A DNA stretch of 64,000 bases from Yuukianura sp. NJ FZ-2021. Its lineage: Eukaryota. Shown in pieces: positions 37,201 through 50,276 of the stretch. The notes beneath the pieces are model-generated. The model was not told the DNA's origin. It saw only the letters and a program-made list of their open reading frames with translations, and made no database searches. The stretch covers positions 4,712,001 to 4,776,000 of the forward strand of contig CM102284.1 of NCBI GenBank assembly GCA_046563655.1. The letters run 5' to 3'. The position numbers and the translations under genes are program-made. The first letter of the stretch is position 1. The number at the start of each line of letters is the position of its first letter.

Positions 37201-40200
37201 CATAAAATAATGTAAGATTATACATAACTTATTAGTTTACTTTAACTTTTTGTGAAACAGAGCCTGAAGCAGAACCTTCATGTGATACTGTATCGGTGGA
37301 GAAAGGAAAATGGGAACATGAATTTGAGTTTGAAATTCCCGCAACTGCTCCATCGTCATTCCAAGGTCCCTATGGACATGTCAAGTACTTCCTGGAAGCC
37401 ACGCTTCTGCGTCCCAGTCACAAGAGGCCCCATGTCGTCAAAGCCCCATTCACAGTCAATGGACTGTTGGACTTGAACAAGGACCCAAGAATGACTAATG
37501 CCCGGAATCTAGGGATGGACCAATACGTTACAGAGTTGAAGCGACTGTTCAAAGGAAACGCCTCCTTCCTGTCGTGCCTCACTTGCTGGCCAGGGAAGGA
37601 GCGCCAACTTTTGAACCAAGTGGGATTCCATCTACGGTTGCACAAAAGCCTCTTTGTTCCTGGAGAGTACATTCAGTTTGTAGCAGACATGAGGAATATG
37701 AGTCAAACGGATGTGTCTGGTGTCACTTTGTCACTTATTCAGGTAAGAAGAAATAGCACGCCAATTTTCAAAAAATTTTAAATTGAATCAACCACTCATA
37801 TTCACTTTCACTTTCACCGTATCATTAGTTCCTTAGTCGATTTCCGCAGAAAGTTGATAAGAGGGGGAACCTCCGCCGATAAAACAGTTTGCCCAATAAT
37901 GTACCTTTCACCGTAAAACTTTGAAAAAAATTGAAAAAGTTTGAACTTTTTAGAGATGTGTACGCATATTCCTGCTGGGTCTAATAATTTTTCATTTTAT
38001 TTGGACATGTTTTCGTGCGAATTTTTCAAATCGCTGTTTGCATTTTAGTTCATAACATAAAAAAATATCCTATTTTTTTGAAAGGGAAAGCGTGCTCGCT
38101 AACAGAAAACGATGTTTGGAAAAAAGTGAGTAAAAACTTTGAAAGCAAAGCACGTTTCAGGTCCCTTATTCCATTTTATTTTTCGTTTCATAACTTTCCC
38201 ATTTGTGGGAAATTCAAAACGACAATTCAAAAGGTAGTCGTTGTTCTATTACGAAAATAAATTCTATTGAACTACCAAAACGGAACTTCACACGGAAGAA
38301 AAAGAAACTTTCTGCTCCGAGAAGAAAAAAAAATCGTTTTTTGATCCTTGTCGCCTTTCTCTTTGCTGCTTTTGGAGCGACAAACCAATTTCCCGGGTGT
38401 CAGTCAACAGCAAGTAACCGAGTCAATGTATGAATTCGCAAAAGCAATCATGCGACTTGCGCCTAGTTTCCAAAGACAGAGAGGACAATTCAGCATTTAA
38501 AAAGATAATAAACATAATAATACTCGGAAACCCTCCCCGTTTCATATTGGAAAGCGGGAATAGATTTCTAAAAATTTCAAACAGGGAAAGGCTAACTTTT
38601 TTTTTGAAATTTCGTGACCAAAAAATTTCTGGACGTATCGACTTGTAACATAAGGCATAGACTGGAAAAATGGCTTTCTCTTTTTTTTATGTGTGTGTGT
38701 TTCGTTTGTGATTTTTTATATTTTGTGCATATTGAACTGAAAGTTGTTATCGATTTTATTTCTAATTTTGTTAAAACTTCCATAAAATTTTACCCTAATC
38801 ATTGCTTTCCCTGAAGACTAACTTTATGAGTGGGGTTTGTGTTTTCTTAAGCTTATAAGAGTTAGATTGAGATGGATTATGTTAAAGTTTGGTTGGATTT
38901 TGGTTAGTTTATTGAAGAAAAAGGAAATAGGATGAACTGAAATTAAATGGGCGGTGAATTCCCGCCTTAATGGAACATTTCATTCACATTACCATTACAT
39001 TGTTCTACCATTTCAATTCTAAATGCTAATTTTATTAAGAGCTTCTCCGTAATTCTCATTTTATAGAACATTTTCTGACTTTACTTTAATAGATTACCAT
39101 TTTGCGGTCATTAAGCGCACAAAGATACGCCGGAACTTTCTTTTCTTATAACAAAATAGTTTTTCAACGTTTTTTTTTAAATTTTTTTTTTGTTTTTAGG
39201 AGACAAATTACTGCATTGGTGACAAGTGTCGAAGTGGACTGAAGCATACAGTGGCCACTGCCAAAGGACCGTCCGTTGCCTCGGGTCAAGCCGAAATTTG
39301 GGAAACGAATCCAATCGATTCTCTATTTCTCCAAATTCCTTCAGTTCCACCGACTAACCTAGGCTCTTCAAAAATTATTGAAGTCAAGTACTTTCTCCAG
39401 GTAATAATTTCAAAATTTTGAAAAATCCACAGCGATATATCCGAAGCCCCGATGTGAAAATATCCAAAGAACTCGGGCCTACTACGTGACTGACGCCTTA
39501 CATCATGAACGTGTCAAAAATGATGTATTACACTTTATTTTTGTTGGAACGCTGAAACACGCTTTTAGCACTATGTCTTCACTGACACTTTTTTCAATTT
39601 TGAAAGGATTTCATTGTGTCAGACCGGAAGCGTTTTTTTGAAAAATGTTTTCTGGCAAATCGCTTTCAAAATTTTGTATTTTGCAGCTCGAAATGGAATT
39701 CTATGGGCAGAAGAATATCAAAGGACAGCTTCCTATTTTGATTGGTTCCATTCCACTCCGTAGTGTGTTCAGGGACTTTGTGAACCTCAAGAAGCGTTCC
39801 GGCACTGAATCGTCGAAAGAAGCCAACGCTGCTCCAAAATACAAACCATTTGGACTCTCCATGGGTTATCCAGATTTACGTAAGATTCCAAATAATACTG
39901 CCAAAATAAAGAAGCAATACGAAGTAAAAGGCTTTAAGAAAGCGAAGGAAAACGGGAAAAGGCTTTCAAAAAATCCAGCCGAGGGAAGAGTTGTCAGCTT
40001 CACTTTCCGAAAGTTGCAAAAGACATTTTAAGTCCCTCTTTAGAACGTGTCCCTCCAGTGGCCGTGACAGTTACAAAGTCAAAACATATTGTACAGGCTT
40101 AACTTTGTGACAAACTGTAACAAGAGAGTCATGGACGGCCCACTTGTGGACGTCCGTCCATCCACAAGTTTCCGTCCATAAAATCGTCTAACGCTTTCTC

Positions 40201-40490
40201 TTTATCTGTTTTAAACAGCTTCACCTACGTTTGAAGAAGCCGTTTGCTTCACACCCAGCTTAGACTTCTTTACAAATGGAATTGGGAACGGTGGACCACC
40301 AGGATCCCACCGAACAGACAAAACCCAAATGCGATCCACCACGGTGGGGCCGGGAGAAGACGGAGCCACGGTGGACGTGGACAGTGACGAAGAGTATTTT
40401 GAAATCACTGACAAGAATGAAAAGAAATATGATGATAACTATGTACCTCTCTACGCCAAGTACCCTACGACTTACTCTCTAGATTCATAG
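31250..40490 (+). CDS. Alpha-arrestin (arrestin domain-containing protein), 500 aa
   Basis: Phase-consistent exons 31250-31364, 35640-35879, 37261-37742, 39200-39400, 39687-39879, 40219-40490. Motifs: HEFEFEIPATAPSSFQGPYGHVKY, FVPGEYI, IPSVPPTNLGSSKIIEVKY, LPILIGSIP. Confidence 0.88.
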
Positions 40491-42192
40491 TCTCACCTTA
40501 CCCCACTTTAAATATTTTTCGAAATTTTAAGATTTGAAATTGGCTTACTTTTAGAATGTCTAACAAATAGGACAACTGCGCAATGCGCAGGTCCAATATC
40601 GTTTGAGGCAGGATTTCCGAATCTCCAATCTTAGCTTATAAATTTTATGTGTATTAATCTCTATTTACTATCTTCCAACAGAAATATTAAATTTTAAACA
40701 TGGTTCCGAAACTGCCGTGGATAAAACAAGAAACGGCGGAAAAATGTATTTTAAATTCAAATTTCTCAAATAAAAGGAATGTGACACTGCTCACTTTCGT
40801 TGATCTTATTTGCAGTAAACTCTTGAGTTACACGAAGCGGCGGGGAAAGTGGTGCGGAAACACTAAACTTTTTTTTTAAAATAAACATGTCAGGTGAAAG
40901 TGAAACCTGTATTTCGAAAATGCTGTTTTTGAGTTTCATCTGCAGTGGAGAGAGTAACTTTTGAATCTTGTGGAGGGAGTAACTATTTTCTCCGGAACTT
41001 TGAAAGACATGGACGAACAAACCAAGTATTCTATGAATAGTAAATTAGCACTTCTTGTTAACTTATTCATACAATGATATGAAATGATGGAATTTGGGAT
41101 ATTAAGCGAGTGAGAAAGCTGGGCGAATTAAACTTTTCAAAAATGTAGAACAAGAAATGATGAGGGAAAGTATGTCTAAAGATTCGAAAGTGTCAAAGAA
41201 CTTCCAATGTTTGAAGCAATTAGAAACCTTAATTTTGGTAACTTCGGAAATCGGGATTCGACAGGTCCTTTTCTTTTGAAGAGAATGCATGTTTAGAAAC
41301 CTTGCTATTTTTTGAATTTTTTTAAATCAAGAAGACTCCATTTTCAAAAATTTGAAAGTTTGCGTGTCCATATTACTATGAAACGCTTTCCTCAGGTGAC
41401 CCAGCGAACCGCTCAACATTTTAATCAGCAAAGAAAGTTGGGGAAAGTAATAAGATTTTTAAAATCATGGAAAAAGAAGCTTGTGGTGAAAATTAAATAG
41501 CGAAAGCGGTGAGAGTTCTTTTTTTTTCTTCGAACCTGTTACACCTCACACTTTTCGCTCACAAAAAAAAATCCGCGTCACTTTTTATAATTTAATCAAA
41601 AAAATTGAGTTTTTCTTTTAAAAAAGCATGTTCCTAGCGTAAAAAGAAAACAGAAATCTTTTTCCGCGTATAACATTGACAGCGTCCTTCCACGGCAGCA
41701 AAAAAGCATACCCCTGCCACGCAGGCCGATTTCTCACCCGTGCTTTGACGGTAACTAGAAAAGCGGTGAAAGTAAACAAGAAAAATCAGCATAAAACACA
41801 AACTTGCCTTCTATTACGAAGAAGAAAAAATGTTCGAAAAAGTTTCTTTTCTCATTGCCGAATCTAAGCCTAACCCTTCCCACCAAATTTTTTTTTATTA
41901 AAAAAAATTGGAGTGAAATGGCTGAATTTCAAAATTTCGTCAATGAAAGCAGTATCTTTAAAAACACTTTAAGTATAGTAGCATGTTTGCTTCGTATTAG
42001 GATTAGTAGTAAGTTCTTATTCGCAAATTAAATCTAACATTTTTTCTTTTACAACACCTGAATTTGAGCAAATTTAAACTTTGATTTATCAATTGAAATC
42101 AAATAATGATTAATCAATAAAAATATTTAAGTATAATTAATTTAACTACGCTTAAGAACACTTTTATAGCGTTTTTGTTTAAACATAGTTGA

Positions 42193-43165
42193 CTAAGTCA
42201 TGATTGCGTACGCAATGACCGCCAGGGCTACGGCAATAGCTGCCAGCTTAGGGTAAGTTAGTCCAAGAACACCAATTCGTTGAAGTACCGAAAATAGAGG
42301 CCTAACAATTCCTCCCATTGTGGATTGCCAAAGAGCTGCTAATGATTTAGCCGCTACTCCTCCAACTCTGAATCCAATTACCCGAATAAATGGAACGAAT
42401 GCAAATGCCACCACTACGCCGAATACTCCGCAAATCACTACAGGGTTACTCATCATGTGCTTTGTAGAAGGAATTCGCTGGGTTTGAAAATATTCCGTAC
42501 TTGAACTCCACAGCGACTCCACATATTCCTTAAAAGGAGTCCACAGGCGATGAAAATGTTCTGTGCTAGGAATCCAAGGGCTCGAAAAATATTCTGTATA
42601 ATTGAATCTTAGATTCGGCAGATATTGTGTAGGCTGGCTCGGCAAATTATCTGTAATATGGATTCAATCAAATCTAGTTAATCATCAATCATTAAAGAAG
42701 TTTGAACAGAACAATTATTTAAAGGAACTGAAGATTGAATGCAAGATTTTAGGTTAACAAAAGTTAACTGAGAATAGCTGCCTTATACAATTTTTACAAA
42801 AAAAAAATTTGGATAAAAAAGAACACATTACCGGTCGGTCAGTAATGCCGCTTTTTTAATTTAAAAATGCCTGGTTAGGTATATTTTTACTTTTAATGAT
42901 TTGTAGTGACTTACAAGGTTAGGTAAGGTTACCTTTCGTAAAACTGGACACATACGTCAACAACTTTCTCGCCTGCAAAGCGTAATAATTTTCCGTCTGT
43001 GCATGGCCGAACGTTCCTCCAATCCAATCTACAAAGAGCAAATTGATTAGTGTAGAATGTAATTTTCACTGTCGTCGGTCCATAGTCCTTACTCCTAAAT
43101 TCTTTTAGTTTTAAGTCCACAATATGTTGTGAAGTGCTCCAATGCTTACCATGTAGTTTGTCCAT
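42193..43165 (-). CDS. IFI27/ISG12 (Ifi-6-16)-domain membrane protein, 189 aa
   Basis: Phase-1-joined exons 43165-43150, 43028-42933, 42650-42193. The C-terminal IGFRVGGVAAKSLAALWQSTMGG..LFSVLQRIGVLGL resembles the Ifi-6-16 motif and lies between hydrophobic helices. Confidence 0.7.
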
Positions 43166-43892
43166 GTTGACCTTCTGATTATTACCAAATGATTTAACAA
43201 CTTATGTAGTTGTAGTATGTATATCGAAAGGCTTTCTGAAATAAGTTCTCGTTCGCAACTAGGTTTAGCGATGATGGTTCTTTTCGTAGGTATCTTTATC
43301 TAACATTATTATCCAGTATCTTTATCTGGTGTATCTACCGTAAATTTCCAAACCGTACACCACTTCCAAATAAAATAGTACATCACTCTCAGCTGGGCAA
43401 AAATTAATTAGTACACCATCCCTAATAACCCGCATTCCGATTTGGAGCGTGGTGTTCTAGCATTGCAGCCTGCAATTTGCAGGTGGGATAAATGCAAAAA
43501 ATTGAAATAACTAAATGAAATTAATGCATTTAAGTTAAACAAAATTAAAATTTTTTCAATATACCGTATTTGTTGCATTTTGTTTCACTTCTTTTCATTT
43601 TAATTCACATGCTTAAAAGTCAAAAATACTGCATAAAAATTCAAAAAGGGTGCAAACTCGTTCCTTGCACTGGGTTGCTTTGCGGTTCACTTTACGCTCT
43701 ATTTCAGCGAAAAAGTTATTAATTTCTAAAGTAACTCACTTTGTTGCGTGCTAACTCTGCCCCCCCCCCCCCACTGTTCATGTGGTGGTTGGTACATCCC
43801 TATTGCTAGTTTCAATAGCGAAATAACGCGTTTTGATGTGAAATAACAATGTATACGTCCGTAAAAAAAGAAAAAAATGCGCAAAAAAAAAT

Positions 43893-43974
43893 CGCAGGCG
43901 ACAGGATTCGAACCTGTGCTCCCATAGGGAAATAGATTTCGAGTCTATCGCGATAACCACTCCGCCACGCCTGC
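43893..43974 (-). tRNA. trnS-CGA: tRNA-Ser (anticodon CGA), 82 nt
   Basis: Full cloverleaf: acceptor GCAGGCG/CGCCTGC, anticodon arm ATAGA-CTCGAAA-TCTAT, long variable arm, GGTTCGAATCC B-box, discriminator G, and a downstream oligo-T terminator. Confidence 0.97.
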
Positions 43975-45415
43975 CCAGGTTGTATTCCTTGCAAAATTGA
44001 CATTTACTACCCGGATGGGTGAAGTTTTATAAAAAATCGCCTCTAGCTCCGGGTTGAACCAAACATTAACGCCACATCGTAACCTGCTACGGCAAATGCG
44101 CACATTGCTTCTTGGCTCTGTTGGTAATAGACAAACGGAAACTTAACAGAGAATAATGTTGATGTTTATAAAGACGCTTGCAATCGACGCTAAGTAGGAG
44201 TACACACAAAGATATACGCAAAAATCCTGCAGGATGACATGTAATAGTTTGCTGATCGGCAGAAAAGTTTAATTTTGGTTATGGTGGAATAGTAATGTAT
44301 CAATTACAAACGTATTTACTTTTACGTATTTACATCCAATATAGAATATATTATAAACGTAATTTACTAAAAATATTAGTAATTGGGTTTACCAATTGAA
44401 TGAGAGAAAAGTTTCCCTCTTTGATGAATTCCTGTTCTTATATTTTCAATTTAAGGTCTAAGTACGAAATACGTAAAACTAACCTAATATAAACGTGTAA
44501 AATTCAAAATATCATACTATAATAAGGCCTACTCGATCTCGGGGCAATTCCTAGTCTTTATTGAAATAATGTCCAATTGCTGCAACAACTCATAATGTTG
44601 AGAAATTAATTATTTTCACCATTTTCCACATTGGAAATTTGAAAAAATTGTTTCAGTCTTCGCCCAACGCCAGAATTTTCGTGTCAAGTTAAAAGAATGA
44701 ACGACTGCACTGGCACGGTGCCAATGGTGGGTGTTAATTTAATGTAAATCTAGGGCAAAATAAAGCACCAATGTTCCTGTAGCATCGGAAATAGTTCTTT
44801 CACAGGTTAGGTAATAAGTACCTTTTTCGAAAAATCTCGCCGCAAACGTATTTCTTGTTTCATCGTTCACCCAATCATGCTGCATTGCATATAATTGTCA
44901 TAGAAAGAAAGGCAAACCAATTTTTGGTAAGTTTTAACAAAATTCAAAAAGTTTGAGTTATTGTCTCATCTGTTAATGAAAAAAACTATTTTCTTGTTTG
45001 CCAACCTTGTAAAGCATTGTGAAAACACAGTGGGTTGCAGCAGTATATCAACACAACAGTGGTAGTTCAACTGTACGTCAACCACTCTTTGTTGTTTATA
45101 TTTAACAGCTGATTTTACATAAATTTATCATCCATGGAACTCCAACGCATGTCGATATCGGAAGAAGCGCTTATGTGCTTTTGGGATTTCAGTTAAATTG
45201 TTTTAACATTGGCGATTTACAAAAAACATTCGAGAATAACTGTCGTCTTATTTTCAACAACGGCACCGTGGAATGTATCGTGAGGCGACGTAAGTGGGAT
45301 CAGCAAAATCGAAAACCGAAGTGCCAAAAACAACTTCATGCGTTGCCTCTCTGCAATGTCAATTCTGCGACTCGACAACTGATTGACCTCGTTTGCGGAA
45401 GTCGTCACAATTGCC

Positions 45416-46939
45416 ATGGATCCTTCGAAGGGTGGTGGATTTAATCCTGATGAACCATACAGCAACGAAGCTTGGGGATGGTCTAGTACCAGCGTTAGTT
45501 CAAGTAGTCATGCTCAAGCAACCGCACTGGGTCCATCATCTGAAGGGTCATGTCCTTGGGTACCAAGTCCATGGCTCGCCCCAGGGGTATCAAGTCCGTG
45601 GCCAGAATCTGGAGGATCATGGCCAAGTTTTGCCCCTGGAGCCTCGAGACCAGAGTCTTCTGGAACATCGGGCCTTTCGGATCTTCAGAGATTTCAACTT
45701 GACCAACTCGCTGCTTGCCTTATGGAAACTGCTGGAGAAGCTGTGAAACGGTACGATCAATTTCAGAGGACATATTCTCAGCAGAGGATTGAGGATTTTA
45801 TTAATTTTTTTCCGTATGCGTAGAGATCGAGACGATGGTGATGGCGTTCCAAAAGTCGAAAGTCAACAACACCAAACTCCAGAATTCGTCCTTCCAGACA
45901 CTATTCTGAATTATAAACCTGATTTCAAGACGCTTGCTCCTCCGCTGCATCATGCGACTGATGAGGTATTACTAATTCGGGGACTTTTGTTATTGCCAAT
46001 ATTAACCTGCCATTCGTTTTCATTTTAGGTGCACTGGATGCATCCAATGGAAAGGAGCTTTTTCAAACTTTTAATTGACACGACTTTAGAAGATTCATTT
46101 CCAGATGAAGACAAATACCCTACCGAGTGCCAGCTTTTCAAGACTGCTATTGCCGAACCACTTCCGCTAGCTCAACGTCAGACCCTTATTCGTGAAATTG
46201 AAACTCATCCGGATATGGTCAACTTTTTAGAAGTGAGTCCAGGAAGTCTTCCAGATTTGGTAAAACACAATCAACAAGTAGCAATCGCCGTGTTACTATC
46301 GCTAATGGAGCAACGCAGTATCACCAATTTCCTGGACGTTTTAGTCGACATGGAACTTTCTGTCAATACGATGGAGGTTGTGAACCGGTACGTTCCTAAT
46401 CCGAATTCATCGTCACTTTTCAATTTTTCATTTTTTATTTCTGAAACAGGTTAGCAAATAATTTGATGCCGGGATCTCAAGGTGCAGCTTTACCTAGACC
46501 GTTTCTACACACTTATATTTCAAATTCTATCGTTCACTGTGGAAACATCACCACTCCTCAACTACAAAATCGTCAAGCACGTCTCGTCTGCGTTTTCCTT
46601 CAGTCGCTTTTTCGAAATAACATAATCGATATTCATGTAATTTTGTCAACTATTTCACATCTATTTCAAGTTTAAGTTTATTTCAATTTTTGTTTTATTT
46701 AGCTTATTCCCCAACCGCTGCTTTTTCAAATTGAAGCATTCTGTGTCGAATTTGGACGAATCCGGGAAGCCACGGCCTTGTTCACTTATATCAAAGAACT
46801 GGAAAGCACTGATCCTCCTCCATCCGCGTTATCAGCCGAAGTGTCCAACCCACCTCAAGCGGGTAAAGACGCTAGTCCAAAGTCATCTTGTGATAAAAAC
46901 GTTACAGAAGAAGCCGGTCCTTCAGGAAGCTCAAGTTAG
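45416..46939 (+). CDS. CNOT11-like: Divergent CCR4-NOT subunit 11-like protein, about 419 aa
   Basis: Exons 45416-45750, 45824-45965, 46029-46387, 46450-46636, 46703-46939. Motifs: LPDLVKHN..VAI, MEVVNRL, YISN, RLVCVFLQSLFRN, AFCVEFGRIREA. The start codon is inferred; in-frame stops lie upstream. Confidence 0.8.
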
Positions 46940-47600
46940 AAAATGTCCATGTTTTACACCAAAAATATTAACCCCGGTGAGGTTTAGTACTCCAAGATGC
47001 CCTTACTCCGGTAAAATTGTCAGCTAATCCTGCTAACAAAATTCAGCAGTTGTAACAGTATCTGGACGATGTTTAAGATTCTCCAGCGTCTCCGGAAATT
47101 CGTATTATCTGAAATTTTCGAGATTACGATGACTTGTGGTAAATAAATTTATTTAATTTACTACAAAGCTTTTAGTTCTTAATTGGTGTTCTAACACTTT
47201 TGTTTTTTAGTTCAGTTTTTTAATATAGAACTTTCTTTTAGAATTGTGCCACTTTCGGATTTTCTCAATCAAATCCGAACAACGGCCGAATGGAAAGTGG
47301 ATTCAAAACCACTTTGCACAAAAGAATTTTCACTCTCGCTTCTCATTGTTTTGCTTTTGTGTGGTGACATGACAGGCACAGGAGTTTGAAAAAGAATTCA
47401 TTACGTGTACTGAAATTCGAACTAAATTTCATTTCCAGTGCACTTTTACATTTCATTTGACGAGGTCATTCCACAAGGGTCACTTTTGAACAAAAAGTTA
47501 AACTTTTTGCAAATTGTCTCTTCAGTGCCTCTTTTGATCCTAAAAGACTTGAATTTTTCGTGTTGAAAAAGTTGACTGACTGGGAACACTGTCAACCGGT

Positions 47601-48301
47601 ATGGATTTGAAGATGACCTTAGCTGTGACCTTTTGCATATTGTCAAGCATAACTTCAATCACTGCGTCTGGGGCATCTGACAACGGCCTTGGAGACAGAA
47701 TCCACTGGGTGACACTTACAGAAGGCTACGAAGTGGCCAAGACCGAAGGAAAACCACTTATGCTCATTATCCATAAATCGTGGTGTGGAGCATGCAAATG
47801 TAAGTTACATTTTTATTATTTAGCAATTTACTACTAATCAAGGAAATTTAACAACTTTCCTCAATTTCATTTTTAACATGTGATTTGTAGCCTTGAAGCC
47901 AAGGATTGCCGAATCAGACGAAATTTTGGCCCTTAGTAAGAAGTATGTTATGGTAAATACAATGGACGATGATGAACCAACAGCAGATGACGATCGGTAC
48001 ACACCGGACGGTGGATATATTCCGCGAATTCTGTTTTTTAGTAAGCCCATAACACTAAAATTTCTGGACGCAGTTAATTGCAATTTTATTAATCGTTTTG
48101 TTTTGAAATGACGTAGGTCCAGAAGGAAATCTTTACCGTGACGAAATTAACAGCGCTGGAAATGACAAGTACAAGTACTACTACTACGATGAGGAATCAG
48201 TAGCAGAGTCCATGGAAAGAGTACTGGCTCGAGTGGCTACTGAAAAACGTGACTCATCGTCGGCTTCAGCAGAAAAAGAACCCGAGCATGTAGAATTGTA
48301 A
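47601..48301 (+). CDS. TXNDC12: Thioredoxin domain-containing protein 12 (ERp18), 177 aa
   Basis: Signal peptide; [24 protein letters not shown]-terminal HVEL ER-retention-like signal. Exons 47601-47799, 47891-48040, 48117-48301. Confidence 0.93.
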
Positions 48302-50276
48302 TTCATTTTAATTAGTTTTTGCTCATCAAAACTTTAGTGTATATGCTAAACTTCTTGCCTCTGTCGACAATTTTGGCGAAATCATCCAGTGATTGTGATA
48401 CTTAGATCATAATTTTAGTATTGCTTCTTCAAAATCTTTCAGACTATTTACACATTTTAGTTTTAGCATAACATTTTGACCTAAGAACTTAAAGTATTTA
48501 TTTATACTTCCACAATGCAAACCTGCTTCATATCATGTTGACTTTATGAAATTATTAAATAGTTTACCTAGGAACATACTGCTAAAGTTTTCCTTACTAT
48601 TATTTTGTGCATTAGTTTTCTTAAATTAAATAAGTTATGTTAATCAATCAACCGCAGCATCACATGCAAAGGTGTTTACTAAAAAGTTTCCTTGCTTGCG
48701 TTGTTTAGTTTTCGTAAAGACGACATTTGTGTCATTGCGTTTCAAATTTAAAGCTAAGATTAGCCTAACTTTATGATTAACCTGCATATACATGCTTTTT
48801 AAATTAGCTTTTTGAAAATTTTCTTCTAAACTTGTCAAAATAACATTTATTTTATAATTTGAATTAGACAACACGTAGTATATGATTAGACAATTTAGGT
48901 CGTTTTTTTACAATTTACACTTTCGCCACACCTTTAATTACTCATCACACCTTTGCATTTATCGCTTACAACATTTTGGTTTCATTTGACGTTTGATACG
49001 TAATTCATGAATCACGATTCGTAAATTTTCCAGGATTTGGCAAAAAAAAGTTTTCCGTTTATGTCAATAGAATGAGGTCACGCCAAATGCTACTTTTTAG
49101 TCGTACGATTCCAGTTCAAATCTAATCTGTTCCAAAATACTAAAAAGTAAGGTTTCACGCACTAACCACACGTTGTAAAGGCCCATCATGTATTTTTAAC
49201 ATGACACATTTGCAACAAAAAAGGGCAACGTTTTTGCACATGCTTTTAAAAGCCAGTTTTTTGCAACTTTTTTTTTGTGGACAAATTCATGCAAACAAAA
49301 TGTTGTACTCTGAACTTGCTTCTTTTTAGGCCATCCACATTTAAGCTCATGCAAACACGCTCGGATCACTCGACCTAACCATGATACATCCACGAGATCA
49401 AATGCGGAACAAGGTGTAGAACCACATTACACAATTAACTTTAGAAGACATTAACCTAACATTGTTAAAGTTCATGTTAGGTTTCACACTTAAGCTTCTC
49501 ATGACCAGGTTCATTGCATCAGTCATTTTCTAATATAAGTAGTCACGACAAGTCAAAGTTAATTCAGGTTTTAGCAGCCTAAGTTAAGTTAAGATAAATT
49601 TAACCTAAGTTAAGTGCGCTGCTACAAGATGCGAAGCAAATTTCAAGAATTTACGTCATTTCATCTTCGTAATAAAAACTAAGACGCTCAATGTCCAAAT
49701 TCTATTTGGATCGACGTAATTTCCAAAGGTGAACTGTGAACTTGTGTAGTGCGGTAACTTCTTTTCAGTTGTTTACGACAATTAGGCTAACCTAAAGTGG
49801 TTTTGCGTCTAAAGTTGACAGCTAAACTATTGACACTGTTTTTACAAACCCCCCACCACTGGTTTACCATTGGTTTTTTGCCAATTATTCATTTTGCAAC
49901 GTCATAGAACTTTTTGTGTGCTCCTGTGGGAATCCTCTCCGCAAAACATAGCAAACTTTTAAAGCCAAGCAAAAGGAAAGCCACAATTTTTGACTTGTCA
50001 TTACAAAAACAACTGTCGAGAGTTCAACGTCTCTCGTGTAAGCTTTGTGCCAATTTGCAAAAAATTTGCACAATTTTGATCAGTTCCAGATTTTGATTTG
50101 CTCAGTTTCAAATCTGCGCCGCACAAAGGCACTCTAAAAAGCAAGTTTAAGAAATCAAGGTATTGCAGGTTTTGTTTTCCTCAACTTGAGGTCAATTGCC
50201 GTTGAAATTTAAATGACCCAGTGTCATTGACCTCTCGGAAAAATTTGACCTCAAACGTCAGTTTCAAGCCACCAAC

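Noticed and set aside
44031..44075. B-box-like GGTTCAACCC followed by a T-run on the minus strand near the tRNA
   Set aside because: No cloverleaf or A-box can be built.
45134..45444. Upstream ATG at 45134 and ORF 45175-45444 as a possible CNOT11 N-terminus
   Set aside because: The first closes after 20 codons. The second is out of frame with the main exon and has no convincing CNOT11 similarity.
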